Part shown: positions 27,923 to 38,616 of the stretch, one piece after another
Position numbering within the stretch: the stretch's first letter is position 1
Layout: every line of letters starts with the position of its first letter
Assembly (NCBI GenBank): GCA_944388175.1
Contig: CALXHR010000008.1
Coordinates: 2,243-66,242 of the forward strand
Direction of reading: 5' to 3'
Source of the DNA: an uncultured Gemmiger sp.
GTDB lineage: Bacteria > Bacillota > Clostridia > Oscillospirales > Ruminococcaceae
Length of the DNA stretch: 64,000 nucleotides
Translations under genes and position numbers: made by a program
Notes under the pieces: model-generated
The model's input: the letters and a program-made list of their open reading frames with translations, nothing else
Database searches by the model: none
What the model was told of the DNA's origin: nothing

Positions 27923-29077
27923 TTACTTGGCCTCCTTTCCGGCCTGCGGCGCCGCTTCGGCGTTGGCGTCGGGGATGTCCCTGTCGGCATGCAGTTTGCG
28001 GGCGATCACGCCGCGGAACAGCATGGCGAACGCGCACAGGTAGATGATGATGCCGGAGATCAGGTCTGCGATCTCGGCCGGGAAATACCGCGTGGGCAGG
28101 AAGCTGCCGCCCACCGTGATGTGCGAAATGAAAATGGAGGAGAAGATGGTGCCGATGGGGTGGGACGCCGCCAGCAGCGCCGTGGCGATGCCGTTGAAGC
28201 CCATGGCCGGCAGCGTGGTGGTGTTGAGGGGGTTCCACTCGGCCCCGCCGGAAAGATACAGCAGCCCCGCGCCGAACCCGGCCAGCGCGCCGGCGATGGT
28301 CATCGAGAGGATGATGTTCTTTTTCTCGTTGATGCCGGCGTAGCGGGCCGCATTTTTGTTGAGACCGACGGCCTTGAGCTCATAGCCGAACGTCGTTTTT
28401 TCCAGCACGACCCAGATCACGATGGCCACCGCGATGGCCAGGAAAATGGCAATGGTCGTGCTGGGGGTGTGAAACAACTCCGAAAGCCCGGCCGAAGGAA
28501 TGACCGATTCGGGCGAAGTATCGACCAGTTTCCAGGTGCGGGTGCTCTTGACATCGTACATGGCGCCGGTGCCGCGGGCGTAGACGATCTCGTTGACCAT
28601 ATACAGGCCGATCCAGTTGAACATGATGGAGGTGATAACCTCGTTGATGTTGAGGTAGGCCTTAAAGATGCCGGGGATGGCGCCCCACACCGCGCCGAAC
28701 AGCGCCGACGCCAGCAGGCAGAGGTACCACGGCAGGTGCAAAATAAGCGCGCAGTACAGTGCGCCGAACGCACCCAGCGTATACTGCCCGGCCGCGCCGA
28801 TGTTGAACAGGCCGGTCTTGAAGGCGAACGCCACCGAAAGGCCGGTCATGATGAGCGGGGCGGAGTTGGTCAGCGTGCGGCCAACGCCATAGGGGAAGTC
28901 ATAGAAACCGCCCTGGATGATGCGCACAAAGCCCTGGTCCCAGGCGTGCTCGGCATTGATGATGAACAGCGCCGCCAGGCCGACAACCAGGCCAATGAGG
29001 ATGCAGAGGATGGCCGCCAGCACGCTGCTGCCTTTTTGCCGCAGGGCCATAGCCGTTTTGTTGGGTTTACGACTCAC
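27923..29077 (-). CDS. Nucleoside ABC permease
   Basis: [31 protein letters not shown]. Confidence 0.9.
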   Translation of the reverse strand: MSRKPNKTAMALRQKGSSVLAAILCILIGLVVGLAALFIINAEHAWDQGFVRIIQGGFYDFPYGVGRTLTNSAPLIMTGLSVAFAFKTGLFNIGAAGQYTLGAFGALYCALILHLPWYLCLLASALFGAVWGAIPGIFKAYLNINEVITSIMFNWIGLYMVNEIVYARGTGAMYDVKSTRTWKLVDTSPESVIPSAGLSELFHTPSTTIAIFLAIAVAIVIWVVLEKTTFGYELKAVGLNKNAARYAGINEKKNIILSMTIAGALAGFGAGLLYLSGGAEWNPLNTTTLPAMGFNGIATALLAASHPIGTIFSSIFISHITVGGSFLPTRYFPAEIADLISGIIIYLCAFAMLFRGVIARKLHADRDIPDANAEAAPQAGKEAK

Positions 29078-29080
29078 GGT

Positions 29081-30628
29081 TTACTGCGCCTCCTTTCCCT
29101 GCTTTTTGGCGCCTGCCATGTACAGGCCCAGTTCCTCGACCGTCGTGGTCTTGGGGTCGAACTCGCCGACGATCTCGCCCTCGTACATTACAAGGATGCG
29201 GTCGGAGAGGTTCATGACTTCATCCAGTTCCAAACTGACGAGCAGCACGGCCGTGCCGCGGTCGCGCTCGGCCACGATCTGTTTGTGGATATACTCGATC
29301 GCGCCGACGTCCAGGCCGCGGGTGGGCTGCACGGCCACCAGCAGCTTGGGGTCTTTGTCGATCTCGCGCGCAATGATGGCCTTTTGCTGGTTGCCGCCCG
29401 ACATGCTGCGGGCGATGGTCACGCTGCCCTGGCCGCTGCGCACGTCGTACTGGCGGATCAATTTATCCGAGTAGGCGCGCACTTCGCCCTGTTTGATGAA
29501 GCCGTGGTTCTGGAACGCGGGCTCCCAGTAGCGCTGCAGCACCAGGTTCTTTTCCAGCGTATAGTCCAGCACCAGGCCGTGTTTGTGGCGGTCCTCCGGG
29601 ATATGGCTCATGCCGTCTTTGGAGCGCTGGCGGATGGACGCGTGGGTGATATCCTGCCCGGCCAGCGTCAGCGAACCGCCGCTGACTTTTTCCAGCCCCG
29701 TCAGGCCGTAGACGAGTTCGGTCTGGCCGTTGCCCTCGATGCCCGCCAGGCAGACGATCTCGCCGGCGCGCACGGTAAAGCTGACGCCGCGCACGGCGTC
29801 CTTTTTGTGCACGCGGCCCGGCACGGTGAGGTCCTTGACCTGCAGCACCGGCTCGCCGGGCTGGGCGGGGGCTTTTTCGACGGCGAACTGCACGTCGCGC
29901 CCGACCATCATGCGGGAGAGTTCCTCTTTGCTGGTCTTGGCGATCTCCACCGTGCCGATGCCCTTGCCCTTGCGCAGCACGGTGCAGCGGTCGGCCACGG
30001 CCATGATCTCGTTGAGTTTGTGGGTGATGAACAGGATGCTCTTGCCCTCTTTTTTGAACCCGCGCATGATCTCCATCAATTCGTCGATCTCCTGCGGGGT
30101 CAGCACGGCCGTGGGCTCGTCAAAGATCAGGATCTCGTTGTCGCGGTAGAGCATTTTCAGGATTTCCACGCGCTGCTGCATGCCGACCGAGATATCGCTG
30201 ATCAGCGCGTCGGGGTCGACGCGCAGGCCGTATTTTTCCGAGAGTTCCACCACGCGCTTGCGGGCGGCGCTTTTCTGCAAAAAGCCCGCCTTGCAGGGCT
30301 CGACGCCCAGCATGATGTTGTCGAGCACGCTGAAACACTCGACCAGTTTAAAGTGCTGGTGTACCATGCCGATGCCCAGCGCGTTGGCGTCGTTGGGGTC
30401 CTTGATGCGGACCTCCTGGCCATTTTTTTTGATGGTGCCCTGTTCGGGTTGATACAGACCGAACAGAACGCTCATCAGCGTAGATTTGCCTGCGCCGTTC
30501 TCGCCCAGCAGGGCGTGCACCTCGCCGCGGCGCAGCTGAAGGGTAACGTCATCGTTGGCCTTGATACCGGGGAATTCCTTGGTGATGTGCAACATTTCGA
30601 TCACGAAATCCTCTGCCAATCCGCTCAC
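29081..30628 (-). CDS. Nucleoside ABC ATPase (tandem NBD)
   Basis: [32 protein letters not shown]; internal promoter TTGTGA-N17-TATAAT at 30656-30684. Confidence 0.92.
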   Translation of the reverse strand: MSGLAEDFVIEMLHITKEFPGIKANDDVTLQLRRGEVHALLGENGAGKSTLMSVLFGLYQPEQGTIKKNGQEVRIKDPNDANALGIGMVHQHFKLVECFSVLDNIMLGVEPCKAGFLQKSAARKRVVELSEKYGLRVDPDALISDISVGMQQRVEILKMLYRDNEILIFDEPTAVLTPQEIDELMEIMRGFKKEGKSILFITHKLNEIMAVADRCTVLRKGKGIGTVEIAKTSKEELSRMMVGRDVQFAVEKAPAQPGEPVLQVKDLTVPGRVHKKDAVRGVSFTVRAGEIVCLAGIEGNGQTELVYGLTGLEKVSGGSLTLAGQDITHASIRQRSKDGMSHIPEDRHKHGLVLDYTLEKNLVLQRYWEPAFQNHGFIKQGEVRAYSDKLIRQYDVRSGQGSVTIARSMSGGNQQKAIIAREIDKDPKLLVAVQPTRGLDVGAIEYIHKQIVAERDRGTAVLLVSLELDEVMNLSDRILVMYEGEIVGEFDPKTTTVEELGLYMAGAKKQGKEAQ

Positions 30629-30730
30629 GCTCCTTTCCTAAACTCGTTTGTGTTTATTATACAGTTTTTTACCGGGTTTCACAAGTTTTTTGCGGTTGTT
30701 TTTTGCAAAACGCAGCGGCGCGGACGCACA

Positions 30731-30774
30731 AAAAGCGGCGGGCGCCCGCATGGCAGGCGTCCGCCGCTTTTTTT
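30731..30774. terminator. Terminator after the BMP lipoprotein gene
   Basis: AAAAGCGGCGGGCGCC...GGCGTCCGCCGCTTTT. Confidence 0.7.
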
Positions 30775-30802
30775 AGTTCCCCTTGGGGGAACGGATCAGG
30801 GG

Positions 30803-31981
30803 TTAGACCTGGTAATCCACCGTGGTGTTGGCCTCGTTGACGGTGGGCTTGGTCGCATCGTCAGAGTTGTTGTCGACGACGATCTCGCCGGAGCGGATCG
30901 CTTCGCGCACGGTCTCGTACTCCTCGACCGTGAAGGTGGAGAAGTTCCAGCTGGTCTCGGCGGTGGGCAGGCCGACGTAGTCGCCTTCCTCCAGGCCGTA
31001 GTTGCCGTTGGTGCCGCCGATGGTGTCCCAGGTGCCGTTGAGCACATGGTCCAGCGCGTCGGTAACGCCCTCGTTCAGGCCCTTCATGGCGGAGGTCACG
31101 AACGGGTTGTAGCTGTACTTGCCGGCCGCAACGTCCTCTTCGCCGATGTAGTTCTGGTCGACGTCGACGCCGATGACCTTGCCGTCATACTTGACAGCCG
31201 CTTCGACAGCGCTGGTGTAGATGCCGCCGCCGCAGGCAAAGACGACCTGCGTGCCGCCGGAGTACCAGCTTTCCATCTTGGCGGTGATGTTGGCATCGCC
31301 CGAGAAGGCGCCGCCGTACCAGTAGTTGATGTGGATGTTGGCGCCCATCTCCTGCGCAGCGGCGTCAGCGCCCTGCACAAAGCCGTAGCCGTAGCGGATA
31401 ACGGCGGGCACCGCCATGCCGCCCAGGAAGCCCAGCTCGGTGAAGCCGTCCTTGACAGCGGCGTAACCGGCCAGGTAGCCGGCCTGCTCTTCTTTGTAGG
31501 TGATGCAGTAGACGTTGGCGGGGATGGTCTCGGTGCCGATGTCGGCCGCGGTCATGTCCACGCCGATGAAGTTGACGTCGGGGTACTCCTCGGCAGCCCA
31601 GGCCAGGGCGGGGCCGTACAGGTAGCCGACGCAGACAACGGTGTTGGCGCCGTCGTTGATCGCGTTGCGGATCAGGGTCTGGCGCTCCTCGTCATTGTCC
31701 TCGCTGGGCAGGTAGTACTCGTAGTTCAGGCCGTTGGCTTCGCCAAACGCCTCGACGGCTTCCCAGCAGCCCTGGTTAAAGCTCTCGTCGTCGATGGTGC
31801 CGACGTCGCAGACCTGCGCGATGCCGGTGACTTCCGTGACCGCAGCCTCTTCCGCCGTCGCTTCGGTGCTGGCGCTCTCGGTCGCCGTGCTGTCCGCCGT
31901 GGAAGCCGCGTCGTTGCCGCCGCAGGCCGCCAGGGACAACGCCATGCTGGCCGCCATGACCAGTGCAAGCAGTTTCTTCAT
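30803..31981 (-). CDS. BMP/PnrA-family nucleoside-binding lipoprotein
   Basis: LAAC lipobox, DDESFNQ, EEQAGYLAG, IGVDVDQ; promoter TTGCAA-N17-TATACT at 32047-32075. Confidence 0.92.
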   Translation of the reverse strand: MKKLLALVMAASMALSLAACGGNDAASTADSTATESASTEATAEEAAVTEVTGIAQVCDVGTIDDESFNQGCWEAVEAFGEANGLNYEYYLPSEDNDEERQTLIRNAINDGANTVVCVGYLYGPALAWAAEEYPDVNFIGVDMTAADIGTETIPANVYCITYKEEQAGYLAGYAAVKDGFTELGFLGGMAVPAVIRYGYGFVQGADAAAQEMGANIHINYWYGGAFSGDANITAKMESWYSGGTQVVFACGGGIYTSAVEAAVKYDGKVIGVDVDQNYIGEEDVAAGKYSYNPFVTSAMKGLNEGVTDALDHVLNGTWDTIGGTNGNYGLEEGDYVGLPTAETSWNFSTFTVEEYETVREAIRSGEIVVDNNSDDATKPTVNEANTTVDYQV

Positions 31982-32128
31982 GGTTTTGTTCTCCTTTGTT
32001 CCAAAAAAGGTCCGGGCAGGGCGGTTCCCTGCCCGGTGTATTTACCAGTATAGCCCATTCACCCCCGTTTTGCAATGGAAAATTCGACACAATTCCATTA
32101 CAAAACTTTGACAATCGTATAACGGGGG

Positions 32129-33286
32129 TCAGTTCTCCACCGTCAGCGTGACGGAGGGCGTATCGGGCAGCGTGGCCATATCGGCGTAGGCTTCCACTTC
32201 CAGTTCGCTGTTGCGCAGCTGCTCGTACAGGCGCTCATACTCGGCCTGGGTAAAGTTGCTGAACCGCCATGTAGCGCCCGCCAGCGCCACGCTGCCGTCG
32301 GTATAGCCCAAGCGCTCGGTCCGGCCGGCGTCCTCCTGGCCCCAGGTGGCGTTGCCGGAGAAAAATTTGTACAGCTGGCGCTGCACGGCCGTGTTGTAAC
32401 ACAGCACCGCGCTGCCCAGCACGCGCTCGCTCAACGCATTCTGGTCCCAGCCGGTGGCAAACGCCTTGGCGCCGGTCTGGTTGACGGCTTCCACCGCGCT
32501 TTGCATCAGCGCACTGCCGTCGGCCATAATCAGCCCGGTGCCGTCGTTGAACCAGTCCAGCATGCGCTGGGTTGCCACCGCCGGGTCACCGATGTCGCCG
32601 GTATACCACACGCGCAGGGTCACGGTTTCGCCCTGGCGCTCGGCCGCAGCGTCGGCCCCCTGCAAAAATCCCGTGCAGTACCGCACGATGCCGGGCAGTT
32701 CGTCGTCACCCACAAAGCCCAGCGTGGTGTAGCCTTCGGCCACGGCCGCATAGCCGGCCAGGTAGCCGGCCTGTTCCTCGTGGAAAAGCACGCAGTGGAC
32801 GCTGGCCTCGGTGGTATAGGCGGTGTAATCCTCGCTGTGGGGTTCGTCGTCAAACAGCAGGTAATGTACATTGGGGTAGCTGGCCTGGATGTTGAACAGC
32901 GCCCTGGCCATGGCTTCGCCGCGGCAGACAACCAGCGTCGCCCCGCTTTGGGCCGCGGCGCGCAGCGCGTCCTCGGCCGTGGCCTGGTCCGCGCCCTCGC
33001 CATACAGGCAGGACTGCGCGGTATAGCCAAAGTTGGCGGCAAAGGTCTGGATGCCCTGCCACAGCAGCGCGTCGGCGCCGGATTCCATGCTGGCGGCGTC
33101 GGCCGCCAGCGCAATGGTGGCCCCGCCGGGCAGCGGCGCGGCGTCGGCCGCCGCCTGGTACACGTAGGATGCATCGTCCAGCGGCACCGTAAATTCGCCG
33201 GTTTCCGTCGTTTGCCCGCCCCGCCCGCAGGCCGCCAGGCTTACCAGCAGCGAAAGGCAGAGCAGCAGTGCGATGAGTTTTTTCAT
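32129..33286 (-). CDS. Divergent BMP-family lipoprotein
   Basis: LAAC lipobox, FHEEQAGYLAGYAAV. Confidence 0.85.
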   Translation of the reverse strand: MKKLIALLLCLSLLVSLAACGRGGQTTETGEFTVPLDDASYVYQAAADAAPLPGGATIALAADAASMESGADALLWQGIQTFAANFGYTAQSCLYGEGADQATAEDALRAAAQSGATLVVCRGEAMARALFNIQASYPNVHYLLFDDEPHSEDYTAYTTEASVHCVLFHEEQAGYLAGYAAVAEGYTTLGFVGDDELPGIVRYCTGFLQGADAAAERQGETVTLRVWYTGDIGDPAVATQRMLDWFNDGTGLIMADGSALMQSAVEAVNQTGAKAFATGWDQNALSERVLGSAVLCYNTAVQRQLYKFFSGNATWGQEDAGRTERLGYTDGSVALAGATWRFSNFTQAEYERLYEQLRNSELEVEAYADMATLPDTPSVTLTVEN

Positions 33287-33321
33287 GGGGTACGGGAACT
33301 CCTTACATTGGGGATTCTGGT

Positions 33322-33747
33322 TCAGCTTTTTTCGAGGTTGGCGGGGCCGAACCCGTAGGGCAGCAGCTCGCCCAGCGTCGTCACGATGTAGTCGTCGACG
33401 CTTTTGGCCATGATGACGGTCAGGCCGGGGCCGCCGAACTCATACAGCGCCTGGCGGCAGACGCCGCACGGGCCGGTGACGAGGGTGTTGGTCTGGCCCT
33501 GCAGGCTGCCCACAATGGCGATGGCGGTAAATGTACGTTCGCCCTCGCTGACTGCCTTGAACAGCGCCGTGCGCTCGGCACAGTTGGTGGCGGTGTAGCC
33601 GGCGTTTTCGATATTGCAGCCGGTGTACACCTTGCCGTCTGGCGTCAGCAGCGCAGCCCCCACGTTAAAGTGGGAATACGGCGTGTAGGCGAACTGTTTC
33701 GCCGCGAATGCATCGCGGATCAGTGCCTGAATCTGTTCTTTTTCCAT
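33322..33747 (-). CDS. cdd: Cytidine deaminase
   Basis: PYSHFNVGAA, GCNIENA, CAERTA, PCGVCRQ. Confidence 0.95.
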   Translation of the reverse strand: MEKEQIQALIRDAFAAKQFAYTPYSHFNVGAALLTPDGKVYTGCNIENAGYTATNCAERTALFKAVSEGERTFTAIAIVGSLQGQTNTLVTGPCGVCRQALYEFGGPGLTVIMAKSVDDYIVTTLGELLPYGFGPANLEKS

Positions 33748-33748
33748 C

Positions 33749-34480
33749 TTACTTCTCCAGATACGCCGGGGCGGCCAGCGCCACCTGCATCATGGCGGTA
33801 AAGCTGGTCTGACGCTGTTCGGGGGTGGTGAGCTCGGGCGAGACGAAGCTGTCGGAGATCGTCAGCAGGCAGGCGGCGCGCTTGCCCAGCACCCTGGCGT
33901 TGTGGAACAGCGCAAAACTCTCCATCTCGACGGCAAGGCAGCCTTTTTCGTCGCGCAGACGCTCCCAGTAGGTCGGCTTGGCGTCGCTGGGCTGGCGGTA
34001 GAACACGTCGGAGGAATGGATCACGCCCTCGATGAGGGGGATGCCCTGCGCGGCGGCGCTGGCGCGCAGCGCGTCGTTGAGGGCGGCGTCCGGCGTCTGG
34101 ATGTCGTCGGGGTTGCCGTTCTGGGTGCGGGCGTAGCTGCTCTCGGAATAGGCGCCGGTGGCCAGCACGACGTCGAACAGCTTGGCTTTGTCGGTGTAGG
34201 AACCGGCCGAGCCGATGCGGATGATGTTCTCGACGCCGTATTGGGTGTACAGTTCGTAGGAATAGATGCCGATGGACGGCATGCCCATGCCGCTGCCCAT
34301 CACGCTGACGGGGCGGCCCTGGTAGGTACCGGTGTAGCCGAGCATGCCGCGCACGTCGGTGACGAGCCGGGCGTCCTGCAAAAAGGTTTCGGCAATGAAC
34401 TTGGCGCGCAGCGGGTCGCCGGGCATAAGGACGGTCTTGGCAAAATCGCCGTTTTCGGCGCGGTTATGCGGGGTAGACAT
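33749..34480 (-). CDS. deoD: Purine nucleoside phosphorylase
   Basis: MSTPH, PGDPLRAKFIA, GMGMPS, VEMES. Confidence 0.95.
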   Translation of the reverse strand: MSTPHNRAENGDFAKTVLMPGDPLRAKFIAETFLQDARLVTDVRGMLGYTGTYQGRPVSVMGSGMGMPSIGIYSYELYTQYGVENIIRIGSAGSYTDKAKLFDVVLATGAYSESSYARTQNGNPDDIQTPDAALNDALRASAAAQGIPLIEGVIHSSDVFYRQPSDAKPTYWERLRDEKGCLAVEMESFALFHNARVLGKRAACLLTISDSFVSPELTTPEQRQTSFTAMMQVALAAPAYLEK

Positions 34481-34583
34481 GGTCACACACTCCTTTGTCA
34501 TAGGTTTGTCCCTATAGTATACCACATTTGGCAAGTTTGTGGTAAAATGGAACCGAATTTTTTTGGGAAAGCCGGTGTTTTGC

Positions 34584-35498
34584 ATGCCGTTACCGCACCA
34601 CTGCACGCTGTGCCCGCGCGCCTGCGGGGCCGACCGCGCCGCCGGGCAGGCCGGGTATTGCGGGGCCGACGACCGGCTGCTTGTCGCGCGCGCGGCGCTG
34701 CACCACTGGGAGGAACCCTGCCTGAGCGGCAACCCCGACGACGCGCGCGGCAGCGGCACGGTGTTTTTTACCCACTGTGCGCTGCGCTGCTGTTATTGCC
34801 AGAACTACCCCATCAGCCAGCAGGGCGTGGGCAAGGCCATCCCCGCCGCGCGCCTGGCCGAGATTTTTCTGCGCCTGCAGCGCGACGGCGCGCGCAACCT
34901 GAACCTGGTAACGGCCACCCAGTACCTGCCCTTTGTGGTGGAAGCCCTGGACGCCGCCAGAGCCGCCGGGCTGACGCTGCCGGTGGTGTACAACACCGGC
35001 GGGTATGAGACGGTGGAGACCGTGCGCGCGCTGGCCGGGTATGTGGACGTGTGGCTGACCGATTTCAAGTACGCGTCCTCCGCACTGGCGGCGCAGCTTT
35101 CGGCCGCGCCGGACTACCCCGCCGTGGCCAAAGCCGCCTTGCGGCAGATGCTGGCGCAGACCGGCGCGCCCGTGTACGACGGCGAGGGCTTTTTGCAGCG
35201 CGGGGTCCTTGTGCGGCACCTGGCGCTGCCCGGCCAGTGGCAGGACAGCCGCGCCGTGCTGCACACGCTGGCCCGCCTGCGCGGCGAGACCGGCGTACCG
35301 TTTGTGCCCAGCCTGATGAGCCAGTTTACCCCCTTTTATAAAGCCGCCGAACACGGGCTGGGGCGGCGCATCACGACCTATGAATACCGCCGCGTCATTG
35401 AGGAAGCCATCCGCCTGGGCCTGACCGGGGGCTACATGCAGGAAAAAAGCAGCGCGCGGGAGGAATACACCCCGCCCTTTGACCTGGAAGGCGTGTGA
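34584..35498 (+). CDS. Radical SAM protein (PflX-like)
   Basis: CTLCPRAC, WEEPCLSG, CALRCCYCQN, VRHLALPG. Confidence 0.88.
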   Translation: MPLPHHCTLCPRACGADRAAGQAGYCGADDRLLVARAALHHWEEPCLSGNPDDARGSGTVFFTHCALRCCYCQNYPISQQGVGKAIPAARLAEIFLRLQRDGARNLNLVTATQYLPFVVEALDAARAAGLTLPVVYNTGGYETVETVRALAGYVDVWLTDFKYASSALAAQLSAAPDYPAVAKAALRQMLAQTGAPVYDGEGFLQRGVLVRHLALPGQWQDSRAVLHTLARLRGETGVPFVPSLMSQFTPFYKAAEHGLGRRITTYEYRRVIEEAIRLGLTGGYMQEKSSAREEYTPPFDLEGV

Positions 35499-35510
35499 CC
35501 GCCCCCGCGC

Positions 35511-35538
35511 AACATCCCCCTGCCCTGCCGCATAGTAT
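35511..35538 (+). promoter_or_regulatory. sigmaK-like promoter for the GH25 gene
   Basis: AACA-N16-CATAGTAT. Confidence 0.5.
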
Positions 35539-35600
35539 GCGCTAAGGGGCGGCGGCCCGGCGCGGCTGCCGCCCCCTGTGGGGAAAAGGGGGGCTTTTTT

Positions 35601-36473
35601 ATGGCTGTGTACCAGAACGGCATCGATGTATCCCGCTACCAGGGCAGCGTCAACTGGGCGCAGGTGGCGGCCGCCGGCAAGGACTTTGCCATTGTGCGCA
35701 TCGGGTCCAGCAACAGCGGCGGGCTGTATGTGGACCCGTACTTTTTGCAGAACGTCAACGGCGCCCACGCGGCGGGGCTGCGCGTCGGCGCATACTATTA
35801 TACCTATGCGCGCACGCAGAGCGCCGTGGCCGACGAGCTTTCGACGTTTATGAACGTGCTGCAGGGCCTGCAGCTGGAATACCCGGTGTTTGTGGATGTG
35901 GAGGATTCCAGCCTGACGGACCTGGGCCGCACCCGCCTGACCGGGCTGGTGCGCTACGCGATGGATATTTTGTACCAGCGCAAATGGTACGGCGGGTGGT
36001 ACAGCTACACCAACTACATCAACAACTACCTTAACGCCGCCGAACTGGCCGACTACCCGCTGTGGGTGGCCGACTACCGCGCCAGCCTGGGCTACAGCGG
36101 CCAATACGCAATGTGGCAATACTCCGGCAGCGGCCGCGTGAACGGCATTGCCGGCGCGTGCGATTTAAACCGCAGCTACCGCGACTTTTTGCCCGCCATC
36201 CAGGCCGGGGGCTTTAACAACTACGGCCCCGGCGGCCCGCTGATGCAGAACACCGACCGCTACACGCTGGTGGTGTTCAACGCCCGCACCGAGTATTTCT
36301 ACACGCCCAATTTCAACGACGTCGTGGGCTACCTGCCGCTGGGGCGTTACCGCGTGACCCAGCGCAGCACCCAAAAGTACGACGGGTACGACTGGGTGAT
36401 CTTTGACTATAACGGCGGGTCCTACTGGACGGCGCTGCTGGGCGACCGCAACCGGCTGGAGCGCACCGTGTAA
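35601..36473 (+). CDS. GH25 muramidase (lysozyme), no signal peptide
   Basis: GIDVSRYQG, GAYYY, DVE, LWVADY, MWQYS, DLN. Confidence 0.9.
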   Translation: MAVYQNGIDVSRYQGSVNWAQVAAAGKDFAIVRIGSSNSGGLYVDPYFLQNVNGAHAAGLRVGAYYYTYARTQSAVADELSTFMNVLQGLQLEYPVFVDVEDSSLTDLGRTRLTGLVRYAMDILYQRKWYGGWYSYTNYINNYLNAAELADYPLWVADYRASLGYSGQYAMWQYSGSGRVNGIAGACDLNRSYRDFLPAIQAGGFNNYGPGGPLMQNTDRYTLVVFNARTEYFYTPNFNDVVGYLPLGRYRVTQRSTQKYDGYDWVIFDYNGGSYWTALLGDRNRLERTV

Positions 36474-36490
36474 AAAGGCGCAAAAAGCGC

Positions 36491-36520
36491 TTGCATAACA
36501 ACCATACGTTGTGTTATAAT
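36491..36520 (+). promoter_or_regulatory. sigmaA extended -10 promoter for the topoisomerase operon
   Basis: TTGCAT-N18-TATAAT with TGn. Confidence 0.65.
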
Positions 36521-36620
36521 GCAAAGGATTTGACAAGCGCACGCGCTTTATGCTTAAATGATTTTGTATGCGCTATCCAAGAAACAGTACGCGGCCCGGC
36601 GCCGCAGGGGGACCCTACGC

Positions 36621-38600
36621 ATGGTAAAAAAGAAGCAGGAATACGGCAACGACAGCATCCGCCAGCTCAAAGGCGCCGACCGTGTGCGCAAGCGCCCGGC
36701 CGTCATCTTTGGTTCCGACGGCGTGGAGGGCTGCGCCCATTCCATTTTTGAGATCATCTCCAACTCCATCGACGAAGCGCGCGACGGTTACGGCAACCGC
36801 ATCAACGTCACGCTGTACCCCGACCACGTCATTGAGGTCGAGGATTTTGGCCGCGGCATCCCGGTGGATTACAACAAGGCAGAGGAACGCTGGAACTGGG
36901 ACCTGGTGTTCTGCGAGTTGTACGCCGGCGGCAAATACGCCGAGGGCGGCGGCAACTATGATTTCAGCCTGGGCCTGAACGGCCTGGGCCTGTGCGCGAC
37001 CCAGTATGCCAGCGAGTGGATGACCGCCGATATCTACCGCGACGGCTTCCACTACCACCTCGATTTCAAGAAAGGCGAAAACGTCGGCGGGCTGCAAAAG
37101 CAGCCGTACACCGGCCGCCGCACGGGGTCGGTCATCCGCTGGCGGCCCGACACCGAGGTGTTCACCGACATTGCCGTGCCGGCGGAAGCGTTCCAGAACA
37201 TGCTGCGCCGCCAGGCCGTCGTCAACGACGGCGTGACGCTGGTGTTCACCGACAAATCCGGCAGCGAAGCCAAAAAGTACGAGTACCTGTACGAGCACGG
37301 CATTGCCGACTACGCCAACGAACTGGTGGGCGACCAGGCGCTGACGCCGGTGCATTTTTGCGCCGGGGCCGCCAGCGGCCGCGACCGCGCCGACCAGCCC
37401 GACTACCAGGTCAAGATGAACGTGGCGTTTGCGTTTTCCAACACGGTGCAGGTGCTGGAATACTACCACAACTCCAGCTGGCTGGAACACGGCGGCAGCC
37501 CCGACCGCGCCGTGCGCACGGCGTTCGTCAACCAGATCAACGCCTGGCTGAAAAACAAGGGCCTGTACAAGAAAAACGAGAGCGCGATCACCTTCTCGGA
37601 CGTGCAGGACTGCCTGGTGCTGGTGTCGTCGAGCTTTTCCACCCGCACCAGCTACGAGAACCAGACCAAAAAGGCCATCACCAACAAGTTCGTGGCCCAG
37701 GCCATGACCGAGTTCCTTAAACATCAGCTGGAAGTCTATTTTATTGAGCACCCCGACGAAGCCGAAAAAGCCTGCAAGCAGGTGCTCATCAACAAACAGA
37801 GCCGCGAGCACGCCGAAAAAGCGCGCATCTCCATCAAAAAGACGATGACCCAGCAGATGGACCTGGCCAACCGCGTACAGAAGTTCGTCGACTGCCGCAC
37901 CAAGGACCCCTCCCGCCGGGAACTGTACATCGTGGAGGGCGACTCGGCCATGGGCGCGGTCAAGCAGAGCCGCGACTCGGAGTTCCAGGCCATCATGCCC
38001 ATCCGCGGCAAAATTCTCAACTGCCTGAAAGCCGACTACGCGCGCATCTTCAAGTCCGATATCATCACCGACCTCATCCGCGTGATGGGCTGCGGCGTGG
38101 AACTGGGTGGCAGCCACAACAAGGACCTGGCCAACTTCAACCTGGAAAACCTGCGCTTTAACAAAGTGGTCATCTGTACCGACGCCGACGTCGACGGGTA
38201 CCAGATCCGCACGCTGGTGCTGACGATGCTGTACCGCCTGACCCCGACGCTGATCAATCAGGGGTATGTGTATATTGCCGAGAGCCCGCTGTATGAGATC
38301 AACACCAAAAACAAGACCTACTTTGCCTACACCGAGCCGGAGAAAGCGGACATCCTGCGCCGCATCGAGGGGCAGAAATATACGATCCAGCGCTCGAAAG
38401 GTTTGGGCGAGAACGACCCCGAGATGATGTGGCTGACGACGATGAGCCCCGAGAGCCGCCGCCTGATCAAAGTGCTGCCCACCGACGCCGAGCGCACGGC
38501 GCAGGTGTTTGACCTGCTGCTGGGCGACAATTTGCAGGGCCGCAAAGAGCATATTGCCGAGCACGGCGCCGAATACCTGGACGATCTGGACGTAAGCTGA
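36621..38600 (+). CDS. parE: Type IIA topoisomerase subunit B (ParE-like)
   Basis: EIISNSIDE, GRGIPVD, EGDSA, PIRGKILN, TDADVDG, RSKGLGE. Confidence 0.8.
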   Translation: MVKKKQEYGNDSIRQLKGADRVRKRPAVIFGSDGVEGCAHSIFEIISNSIDEARDGYGNRINVTLYPDHVIEVEDFGRGIPVDYNKAEERWNWDLVFCELYAGGKYAEGGGNYDFSLGLNGLGLCATQYASEWMTADIYRDGFHYHLDFKKGENVGGLQKQPYTGRRTGSVIRWRPDTEVFTDIAVPAEAFQNMLRRQAVVNDGVTLVFTDKSGSEAKKYEYLYEHGIADYANELVGDQALTPVHFCAGAASGRDRADQPDYQVKMNVAFAFSNTVQVLEYYHNSSWLEHGGSPDRAVRTAFVNQINAWLKNKGLYKKNESAITFSDVQDCLVLVSSSFSTRTSYENQTKKAITNKFVAQAMTEFLKHQLEVYFIEHPDEAEKACKQVLINKQSREHAEKARISIKKTMTQQMDLANRVQKFVDCRTKDPSRRELYIVEGDSAMGAVKQSRDSEFQAIMPIRGKILNCLKADYARIFKSDIITDLIRVMGCGVELGGSHNKDLANFNLENLRFNKVVICTDADVDGYQIRTLVLTMLYRLTPTLINQGYVYIAESPLYEINTKNKTYFAYTEPEKADILRRIEGQKYTIQRSKGLGENDPEMMWLTTMSPESRRLIKVLPTDAERTAQVFDLLLGDNLQGRKEHIAEHGAEYLDDLDVS

Positions 38601-38616
38601 GGGAAAGAGAACGAAC

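Noticed and set aside
27698-32053. Very long antisense ORFs (1451 aa here; also 4123-6894, 46457-50137, 42794-45106 and others)
   Set aside because: Shadow ORFs caused by high GC3 on the opposite strand of well-supported genes; no motifs or RBS
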